From: Gammaproteobacteria bacterium | GTDB taxonomy: Bacteria > Pseudomonadota > Gammaproteobacteria > Thiohalomonadales > Thiohalomonadaceae | Reading direction: 5' to 3' | DNA length: 20,745 nucleotides | NCBI GenBank assembly: GCA_023228645.1 | Contig: JALOAT010000060.1 | Span: 1-20,745, forward strand | In this document: positions 14,359 to 20,745 of the stretch, one piece after another | Numbering within the stretch: position 1 is the first letter of the stretch | Layout: every line of letters begins with the position of its first letter | The notes under the pieces: generated by a model | Told to the model about the DNA's origin: nothing | Database searches by the model: none | Seen by the model: only the letters and a program-made list of their open reading frames with translations | Program-made: the position numbers and the translations under genes

Positions 14359-14526
14359 ATGTGGGAATATGCTATTTGTGAACGCACTTGGAATGAACTT
14401 ATGAACGAGTCATCACTTAACAACTTTGGCAAAGATGGGTGGGAATTAGTTCAAGTCATTAAGTCAGGCCCACGGGAATCGGAACGTCAATATATCTTTA
14501 AAAGACTCAAGGGCAAAAATGCTTGA
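14359..14526 (+). CDS. small hypothetical protein (55 aa) with a GWELVQV...YIFKR motif (a DUF4177-like pattern, recalled from memory)
   Basis: ATG at 14359 with SD GGGAGA 5 nt upstream. The track start at 14317 would sit inside the terminator hairpin. Confidence 0.45.
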   Translation: MWEYAICERTWNELMNESSLNNFGKDGWELVQVIKSGPRESERQYIFKRLKGKNA

Positions 14527-14551
14527 CACATAGTATTGTCTATCATATATT
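14523..14551 (+). promoter_or_regulatory. sigma70-like promoter TTGACA-17-TATATT overlapping the stop codon of the upstream gene
   Basis: TTGACA at 14523-14528 and TATATT at 14546-14551. About 240 nt of non-coding sequence follows. Confidence 0.6.
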
Positions 14552-14557
14552 GGAATC

Positions 14558-14766
14558 GTCCGGTGGGAGGTTCGACTCCGCCCATCCAATGCTTGTCTGA
14601 AACCTGGTCAGCCGGCCCAGCGAGTAAGAAGTCTGGAGAGACTCGCGGAATATATAACCTTTATCCGTGCTAAGCAGCCTAAATGCCGTTTTAACTCTCC
14701 GGGGGAGATAGGTATTTAGAGTCCGAGGGTTCGATTCCTGATGGTAGGCGTGAGATTAATCTTGCG
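14558..14766 (+). ncRNA. promoter-driven non-coding region containing tRNA-derived fragments: a 3'-tRNA-like hairpin and an anticodon-arm-less acceptor/D/T mini tRNA-like element
   Basis: GTGGGAGG-TTCGACT-CCGCCCAT is an 8-bp stem with one mismatch and a T-loop-like loop. AACTCTCC-GGG-GGAGATAGGTATTTAGAGTCC-GAGGG-TTCGATT-CC shares GGGGAGATAG with the tRNA-Phe-like 5' half at 12003. A terminal hairpin CGTGAGA-TTAA-TCTTGCG lies at 14749-14766. No ORF of 60 aa or more. Confidence 0.35.
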
Positions 14767-14800
14767 AGGACACAAATTTTTCAAGTCATAGGAGAGCTAG

Positions 14801-15142
14801 ATGAGTAAATTGATCCCAAATCGTAAACTTGAATATGCAATTGAAGTGCCTATGACTAAAGCAGAGGCACGTAAAGACGCACTTAAAACATTTAAGACTT
14901 TTGGAAGCATTGTCCAAACATCTTTCGCCGCCCTTCTAATCGGGTTACTTTCTATTCCAGTTATCATTGCTGCTGAATGGGCAGCTTTAGTACCATTAGT
15001 TGGTATATTTCTATTCCTTCTTTATATTCAATATGATAATTATTATAGTTTCAATCGGAACCGAATCCTTTATAAGGATATAAAAGAAACTCGGGACCAG
15101 CTTGACGATTTTTTAAAGGAAAAAGGATATCTTGATACTTAA
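14801..15142 (+). CDS. small membrane protein (113 aa; TM segments LLIGLLSIPVIIAAEWAALVPLVGIFLFLLYI)
   Basis: SD TAGGAGAGCTAGATG upstream. A hydrophobic core. Confidence 0.55.
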   Translation: MSKLIPNRKLEYAIEVPMTKAEARKDALKTFKTFGSIVQTSFAALLIGLLSIPVIIAAEWAALVPLVGIFLFLLYIQYDNYYSFNRNRILYKDIKETRDQLDDFLKEKGYLDT

Positions 15143-15452
15143 TAAACATTTGGATCAGATTCCGGAGGATGCCATTTATATTGGAAGGGGATCAAAATGG
15201 GGTAATCCATTTAAGATAGGTGTTGATGGTAGCCGGTCTCAAGTTATTTTCCTATACGAAGAATGGCTTAAAACACAGGATGAACTTATTGATTCAATTG
15301 ATGAACTTAAGGACAAAAGTCTTGTATGTTTTTGCAAGCCAAAACCGTGTCACGGTGATATTTTAATTAAAGTTCAGCGTATGGATTTTAATGATAGGAA
15401 GTTGTGGAAAGAAAACTTTTTTGACCGTAGAAATTTTTTTCAAGGGGCATAA
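15132..15452 (+). CDS. DUF4326-family protein (GNP and CxC motifs; 106 aa)
   Basis: YIGRGSKWGNPF and SLVCFCKPKPCHGD match my recollection of the two signature motifs of DUF4326. Confidence 0.55.
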   Translation: MILNKHLDQIPEDAIYIGRGSKWGNPFKIGVDGSRSQVIFLYEEWLKTQDELIDSIDELKDKSLVCFCKPKPCHGDILIKVQRMDFNDRKLWKENFFDRRNFFQGA

Positions 15453-15453
15453 T

Positions 15454-15732
15454 ATGATATCTGATGATATAATTGGTAAACTTATCACATCTATACAGCG
15501 CAACACAAGTGAGTGGACTGTTGATAATGATCTTCTAATTCACAAATCTAGGATTTTTATCGGCAATTTTAATAATCCATCGTGTTTAATTATCCATATT
15601 GCTGGTATCAAATATGGAGTTATTTCTAATACCATTGATGCAAAACAAGCAAAAATGTTATCCGAAACTATTATGGAAATTTATAATAATACTGTTGACT
15701 TATACGTCAATTCAATCGTGGATCAGCTCTAA
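15454..15732 (+). CDS. hypothetical protein (92 aa; the track ORF starts at 15391 but the internal ATG follows the upstream stop)
   Basis: ATG at 15454 lies directly after the TAA at 15450-52. Confidence 0.45.
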   Translation: MISDDIIGKLITSIQRNTSEWTVDNDLLIHKSRIFIGNFNNPSCLIIHIAGIKYGVISNTIDAKQAKMLSETIMEIYNNTVDLYVNSIVDQL

Positions 15733-16043
15733 TGATGAGTCAGATTATAAAAATAATTGAAATTTTTGGTGCTGAAATAACAAGCACTGAATATTTTTGT
15801 CAAAAGGGTGAGAATTCAATCTTTTTAGATTTTGAAAATGAATTCTGCTGGGCATCAATATCATATAACAAAGATACTAAAGACTTATCAAGTGCAGCAA
15901 TTGAAGATAAAGGCCGTAAATTTTATTTTCAACTTAACATTCCTGGTTCTGTTTATGAAACAGATCCAGAAGCATCGCTTTTAGATAGCTATGAAGCTTA
16001 TCTTGAAAAATCGAAATTAATATGGGAAAATAAACTGACATAA
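15732..16043 (+). CDS. hypothetical protein (103 aa)
   Basis: Its start overlaps the upstream stop (TAATG). Confidence 0.5.
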   Translation: MMSQIIKIIEIFGAEITSTEYFCQKGENSIFLDFENEFCWASISYNKDTKDLSSAAIEDKGRKFYFQLNIPGSVYETDPEASLLDSYEAYLEKSKLIWENKLT

Positions 16044-16091
16044 ATTTCATTATGTATAAATAGACAGTTATATTCCTAATAGGAGACTATT

Positions 16092-16256
16092 ATGGCTTGT
16101 AAAAATTGTAAATGTCATATCACAGAAGATGATATTCGAAAAATGGACTACAAACGACTCAATCAGCTATTAAATGAAATGGTTGATGACGAAGTTTGCG
16201 ATGATACACAGGCTAACCTCCAAGGAATGATTGAAAAGGCTAAAAAAGTTAAGTGA
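16092..16256 (+). CDS. small Cys-rich hypothetical protein (54 aa, MACKNCKCH...); below the track's size cutoff
   Basis: AGGAG SD 6 nt upstream of the ATG. The frame runs open to the TGA at 16254-16256. Confidence 0.35.
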   Translation: MACKNCKCHITEDDIRKMDYKRLNQLLNEMVDDEVCDDTQANLQGMIEKAKKVK

Positions 16257-16266
16257 GGGTCTGGTT

Positions 16267-17262
16267 ATGCGCTCGAATGAAATTAAAAAACTAAAAGAAC
16301 AAATTGCTTTTTTGACTAAAAAGATTGAAGAGGATTTGATTCTCAAATCAGTAAAGCCGGGCGAGATTGTTTTAACTGATCCCACTAACGATGAAGTGCC
16401 TGTTTTACAAAAGGCTGATAATGAAGAGCGTATTAAAATTTTGGCCAGAATTGAAGATGACATTAAAGATGATGAAGATTTGAACGAAAAGAGCGGCTAT
16501 TCAGCTAAATCAGCTCATTCAGGCAAAGACCTCGGTAAGCCAGGTAAAAATTTCAAGAAAATTGCCGATAAAGCCGCCAAGGAATATGGCTCAAAAGAAG
16601 CTGGAAAGCGCGTCGCAGGTGTAGTCTTGGCCAAACTTAGAAAAGAATCAGTAGATCCTTCAAAGGCACTTATGCTTGAAGGTATGGAAATGGCCTTAAC
16701 TGGCGAGCTTGACGAAAAACTTAAACCATCAATGGGCGTTGGTGCTTACATTGACGACTTTGTCCATTCAAAGAATAAACGATTTGCTGGTAAATCAAAA
16801 GCTCAGCGTATCAAAATGGCTAAAGGTGCTTATTACGGTGCTACTAAAGAATCAGTAAATGAAGCAGGTGATGAGTGGTATCAAAAAGGATATCAGCATT
16901 ATAAAAATGGCGGTGAACCGAGAAGTCCAGCGTTTTTTGGTAAAATGGATTCGTATCATTCATTTAAAAAAGGTTTTGAAGCTGCTAAGAATGAAAAACC
17001 AGTTAATGAAGCTGCCGAAGATAGTGAACATTTTGTTATCACTCCAGAATTAATGCTCCGTTCAATGGAATGGGCAAAAGAAGATGCTGGAGAAGATATT
17101 CAACTTCACAAATATATTGAAGCGTTGTCAGAAATGATGGCTACCAAGGATGTTTTGGATAGTGATGATTATGAAGCTATTGTTTCAAAAGTTACACCAA
17201 ACGATCCTAATGTCAACGACAATGGACCGGAATCTCCACCAGAACAAGAAAGCACATATTAA
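16267..17262 (+). CDS. hypothetical protein (332 aa) with an N-terminal coiled coil and Lys/Gly-rich repeats
   Basis: SD GAGGG 7 nt upstream of the ATG at 16267. The track start at 16231 would overlap the upstream small ORF. Confidence 0.55.
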   Translation: MRSNEIKKLKEQIAFLTKKIEEDLILKSVKPGEIVLTDPTNDEVPVLQKADNEERIKILARIEDDIKDDEDLNEKSGYSAKSAHSGKDLGKPGKNFKKIADKAAKEYGSKEAGKRVAGVVLAKLRKESVDPSKALMLEGMEMALTGELDEKLKPSMGVGAYIDDFVHSKNKRFAGKSKAQRIKMAKGAYYGATKESVNEAGDEWYQKGYQHYKNGGEPRSPAFFGKMDSYHSFKKGFEAAKNEKPVNEAAEDSEHFVITPELMLRSMEWAKEDAGEDIQLHKYIEALSEMMATKDVLDSDDYEAIVSKVTPNDPNVNDNGPESPPEQESTY

Positions 17263-17534
17263 TGGATTACAGACAAGCATTAATGTACCATTTGGTACGA
17301 TATGAAATGATGGTGTCGTTAGTTGGTGGTTTACCACTAACGACATATACTAAGCAAGAATTGCAAGAATTTATTAAATTAACAATGGATAATATTGAAA
17401 ATTACCCATTAGAGAAGCTTAACCGTTGGTTTGGTTTTATCCAAGGAATTATTATAGCGTGTGGTTTTACAACAGTTCAAGCCGAACGTGATGCTACACG
17501 ACCACATTTTAAACATTTAGATTTTCCCGCTTGA
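17262..17534 (+). CDS. hypothetical protein (90 aa)
   Basis: Its start overlaps the upstream stop (TAATG). Confidence 0.5.
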   Translation: MDYRQALMYHLVRYEMMVSLVGGLPLTTYTKQELQEFIKLTMDNIENYPLEKLNRWFGFIQGIIIACGFTTVQAERDATRPHFKHLDFPA

Positions 17535-17574
17535 ATTTATCTTTTCTTTATGTTATATTGATTTAAATCAATAT
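17531..17574 (+). promoter_or_regulatory. putative promoter TTGAAT-17-TATATT overlapped by a 20-bp perfect palindrome ATATTGATTTAAATCAATAT (operator-like)
   Basis: TTGAAT at 17531-36, TATATT at 17554-59, and the palindrome at 17555-17574, immediately upstream of the SD and ATG of the HisRS-like gene. Confidence 0.45.
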
Positions 17575-17587
17575 TGAAAGGAAGAAA

Positions 17588-18343
17588 ATGATCCCGGTGT
17601 ATAATGTGAATGGCTTACCATTCTGGTCTCAAGAAGACATCAAACTTAGAAATTATCTGAAGGATCATTTTGCATCCAAAGTATTTGGAATTCTTGAACA
17701 GGAGAATCCAGCTTGGAAGATGCTTGAAATTGAAGCACCACTTCTAACACCAGTAAGTTTAATCAATCCAAACTACACAAATGAAGATGTGTGGATGCAA
17801 GAACGTATGGATAATGAGATTAACCATTTAGTTCTTCGTCCAGAAACGACTCCTGGTTCATATGCCTATGCTAAGCATCTTTTAGAATCGCATTCAATTT
17901 ACAAGCCACCATTTATTGTCTGGCAGGCAGGTAAAAGCTTCCGTCGCGAGCAGGACCAAGTTAGTAAGAATATGCGTTTGAAGGAATTCTATCAACAAGA
18001 ATTCCAGTGCATCTACACTGCTGACACTATGAATGATTATCACACTGCTGTTCTTGATCCAATCAAGGATATGTTGGCAGATGCCTGCAATCTAAGTGCT
18101 CGAGTGATTGCCAGTGACCGTCTTCCTTCATATAGTGAGATTACGATGGATGTTGAGGTATTCAACGGTGACAAATATATGGAAGTTTGCTCCATCAGCC
18201 GCCGCACTGATTTCCCAACTAAAGCAAGATTCCAAACCAAGAAAGGTTTGGTAGAGAAAGATTTGATGGTTCTTGAAATTGCTATTGGTTTGGACCGCGT
18301 GATCTATAATAGGAATCATATTGACAGATCACGCCCATTTTAA
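17588..18343 (+). CDS. truncated class II aminoacyl-tRNA synthetase-like catalytic core (HisRS/HisZ-like), lacking an anticodon-binding domain (251 aa)
   Basis: LVLRPETTPGSYAYAKH matches HisRS LTLRPEGTAGCVRAGIEH. FIVWQAGKSFRREQDQVSKNMRLKEFYQQEFQCIY matches motif 2 ([27 protein letters not shown]). C-terminal ...CSISRRTDF...AIGLDRVIY resembles motif 3 (GGGRYD...AMGLERLVL). All compared against HisRS from memory. Confidence 0.6.
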   Translation: MIPVYNVNGLPFWSQEDIKLRNYLKDHFASKVFGILEQENPAWKMLEIEAPLLTPVSLINPNYTNEDVWMQERMDNEINHLVLRPETTPGSYAYAKHLLESHSIYKPPFIVWQAGKSFRREQDQVSKNMRLKEFYQQEFQCIYTADTMNDYHTAVLDPIKDMLADACNLSARVIASDRLPSYSEITMDVEVFNGDKYMEVCSISRRTDFPTKARFQTKKGLVEKDLMVLEIAIGLDRVIYNRNHIDRSRPF

Positions 18344-18356
18344 TTAGAGTGGATAA

Positions 18357-20345
18357 ATGACGAAACTTAATAAAGAACAACAAGAAGCAGTAGATCACAA
18401 AGATGGGCCTTGTATTGTTTTGGCCGGGCCCGGCGCCGGCAAGACGGCAGTATTGACTCGTCGCACCGCAAAACTGGTAGATTCAGGCGTAGCACCTGAA
18501 CGAGTATTGTTATTAACGTTTACTCGTTTGGCTGCTAAGGAGATGCTTGATCGGGCAAAAGCCATCAACCCATTGTGCGAAAAAGTTGACGGCGGCACGT
18601 TTCACAGTCTTGCTACCCGCATAGTCAATCAAAATAATCATTTGTTTGGTAAAACCAAGCCATTTACTATTCTTGATGTTGAGGATAACCAGACAATAGT
18701 CAAACAGTTGACTAATGAAGTCAGAAATGGATCCACAGATGAGGATTGGCCATCGCCATCAATGATTCAGCGAATTATTAGTTTTTCAACTAACACTCGA
18801 ATGACTATTGCTGAATCTATTTTTTCAGTATCTCCTAATTATGTTCATCTCACCCAAAAACTTGAAACTATACGTGACAAATATTTTGATTATAAAATTG
18901 AACGTGGATTATTGGACTATGATGATTGTTTGGAATATTTTTCTGCACTCTTGAGTAATGAAGATATCGCTCCAGCAATTAGGGCCAAATGGGACTATGT
19001 CTTAGTTGATGAATATCAGGATACTAACCAACTCCAACTTGAGATCGTATATGGGCTGGTACACAAATCTAAAGCCAATATTATGGTTGTGGGTGATCCA
19101 GCCCAAAGTATATATTCTTTTCGTGGATCTGCCCCAGAAACTATGACGGGCTTTAGAAATCGTTTCCCTAAATCTAAAATAATCAATCTTGATACCAACT
19201 ATCGATCCACACCAGAGATTGTTGATGTGGTAAATTCAATTGATAAGCGACTTGGTATTGGTTTTAATAGAACATTACATTCATTTCAAAAGAGTAGTGA
19301 TGACTTACCTAACTTTGTTGAATGTGGAAATGTTAATTCGCAGGCTGTCACATTGGCTGATAATATACTTGAAAGCAAAAATTCAGGTAAATGTATGTTA
19401 TCTCAAAACGCTGTAATTGTTAGAGCTATGGCGTATGCTCGCCCTATTGAGATTGAATTTACAAAACGTAAAATACCTTATAAAATTGTCGGTGGATTGC
19501 GTATTGACGAGGCTGCCCACGTTAAGGATCTGCTCTCATTGGCCCGAATCGCAACGAATCCACAGCACGAACCCGCTTGGCTTCGAATATTGACGAGATT
19601 TAAAAAGCTTGGTGCAAAAACAGCAAATGAAATATCCAGTCTGATGGCTAATGCTGTTGGAATCCAGGATGTTGTTGATCAGCTTGAAAATTACCCTTCT
19701 AAGAAATTTGATTTTAAACCCGTGATCAATTCTCTAAAGGAGTTTGATAAAAGTGATCTAACTCCTGCTGAAAAACTAGAACTTTGTGTCCAATATATGG
19801 AACCAATTTGGTCTACCATAAAAGAATGGAAAGATGATTGGAAGGACCGTAAAAAGGATCTTGAATCTATAATATCAATAGCTAATGATCATTCTACTGT
19901 AGAATCGTTTCTATCAACTATTACTCTTGATTATTCCGTTGACAACAAAAAGATTCACGAAAAAGAACCAAGATATGAAGATGATATGATTACTATTACT
20001 ACTGTTCACGGTTCTAAGGGCCTTGAATGGCCAAGGGTTCATATTCCATCTTTTATATCTGGTCACATACCTTCAACTTATACTCTTGACACAAAAGAAG
20101 AAATGCGTATATTGTATGTCGCAGTGAGTAGAGCAAAGAAAGAATTGTTTATCTACAAACCGCTGTTCAATCCGCAAGGATCATTTTCACAAGAATCTGA
20201 ATTTGAACCGATGATTAAGCCACATTGTAATGTGGTTAGAGTTAAAAAGGGATCTCCTTTAGGGAGTGACAGAATAAATTCATCAACTAAAATTGATATG
20301 AAGGCAGTGCTGGCCGCGAAGATGAAAAAACGCCAAACTGCTTGA
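18357..20345 (+). CDS. UvrD/Rep/PcrA-like superfamily 1 DNA helicase (662 aa)
   Basis: Motif I GPGAGKT, Ia [43 protein letters not shown]. The C-terminal domain carries the [10 protein letters not shown] motif and a ...VAVSRAK... motif. Confidence 0.85.
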   Translation: MTKLNKEQQEAVDHKDGPCIVLAGPGAGKTAVLTRRTAKLVDSGVAPERVLLLTFTRLAAKEMLDRAKAINPLCEKVDGGTFHSLATRIVNQNNHLFGKTKPFTILDVEDNQTIVKQLTNEVRNGSTDEDWPSPSMIQRIISFSTNTRMTIAESIFSVSPNYVHLTQKLETIRDKYFDYKIERGLLDYDDCLEYFSALLSNEDIAPAIRAKWDYVLVDEYQDTNQLQLEIVYGLVHKSKANIMVVGDPAQSIYSFRGSAPETMTGFRNRFPKSKIINLDTNYRSTPEIVDVVNSIDKRLGIGFNRTLHSFQKSSDDLPNFVECGNVNSQAVTLADNILESKNSGKCMLSQNAVIVRAMAYARPIEIEFTKRKIPYKIVGGLRIDEAAHVKDLLSLARIATNPQHEPAWLRILTRFKKLGAKTANEISSLMANAVGIQDVVDQLENYPSKKFDFKPVINSLKEFDKSDLTPAEKLELCVQYMEPIWSTIKEWKDDWKDRKKDLESIISIANDHSTVESFLSTITLDYSVDNKKIHEKEPRYEDDMITITTVHGSKGLEWPRVHIPSFISGHIPSTYTLDTKEEMRILYVAVSRAKKELFIYKPLFNPQGSFSQESEFEPMIKPHCNVVRVKKGSPLGSDRINSSTKIDMKAVLAAKMKKRQTA

Positions 20346-20400
20346 CTTGCTTTTAAGACAATACTATTATCAGTTAGAAATTAACACAGAAAGGAAATAT

Positions 20401-20745
20401 ATGACTCTTGTGCCAATGGTTGTAGAACAGACCAATCGCGGTGAACGTTCATACGACATTTATAGCCGACTCCTCAAAGAGCGAATTATCTTTATGAACG
20501 GCCAAGTTGAGGATCATATGGCTCAGGTCATTTGTGCCCAGCTTCTTTTCTTAGAAGCCGAAAGTCGAGAAAAGGACATCTATCTTTACATCAATTCTCC
20601 TGGTGGTGTAGTAACGGCTGGCCTTGCAATCTATGATACTATGCAATTTATCAAGCCTGACGTTTCTACTATCGTAATGGGCCAGGCTTGTTCAATGGGA
20701 TCATTTTTGGCACAGGCTGGTGCTCCTGGTAAGCGATTGGTCCTA
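20401..20745 (+). CDS. clpP: ClpP ATP-dependent protease proteolytic subunit (N-terminal 115 aa; continues past the window end)
   Basis: [17 protein letters not shown]...[16 protein letters not shown]...[26 protein letters not shown] matches canonical proteobacterial ClpP very closely as recalled, with the catalytic Ser in the SMG motif. SD AAAGGAAATATATG upstream. Confidence 0.85.
   Translation, partial: MTLVPMVVEQTNRGERSYDIYSRLLKERIIFMNGQVEDHMAQVICAQLLFLEAESREKDIYLYINSPGGVVTAGLAIYDTMQFIKPDVSTIVMGQACSMGSFLAQAGAPGKRLVL

Noticed and set aside
1-20745. CRISPR arrays, integrase or transposase genes, rRNA
   Set aside because: No regularly spaced direct repeats. No recombinase or transposase motifs. 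No rRNA-like sequence. The only mobile elements seen are the two homing endonuclease genes.

Overview
The window reads as a piece of a large virulent-type bacteriophage (or phage-derived island) in a Gram-negative, probably proteobacterial, host. Coding is dense and almost entirely on the + strand, with many small ORFs of unknown function. Several intergenic sites match sigma70 promoters (TTGACA-17/18-TATAAT-like), there are several hairpins that look like rho-independent terminators, and Shine-Dalgarno sequences are clear.

What I can recognise:
- one canonical tRNA-Arg(TCG);
- three or four tRNA-derived elements that are aberrant, fragmented or permuted-looking;
- two free-standing minus-strand homing endonuclease genes with NUMOD3-type repeats (the first a clear GIY-YIG enzyme, the second GIY-YIG-like) and a shared C-terminal tail;
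- a Phd/YefM-like antitoxin gene;
- a GC-rich island carrying a secreted Ser/Gly/Thr-rich PEP-CTERM-type protein;
- a two-domain protein joining a CoaB-like ligase domain to a class II aldolase-like domain;
- a flotillin-like SPFH protein, a stand-alone tRNA-binding OB-fold protein, a DUF4326 (GNP/CxC) protein, a truncated HisRS/HisZ-like class II aaRS core, a UvrD/Rep-like SF1 helicase and a host-like ClpP (partial at the window end).

The most interesting theme is the cluster of tRNA-related oddities. These include a tRNA-Phe-like gene whose 3' half, with an encoded CCA, sits 8 nt upstream of its own 5' half. There is also a tRNA with an about 29-nt insertion in the anticodon region, and an anticodon-arm-less tRNA-like RNA transcribed from a consensus promoter. 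A mini aaRS-like enzyme without an anticodon-binding domain and a tRNA-binding OB protein are encoded nearby.

Everything here comes from reading the sequence and from motif recollection. No database searches were run.
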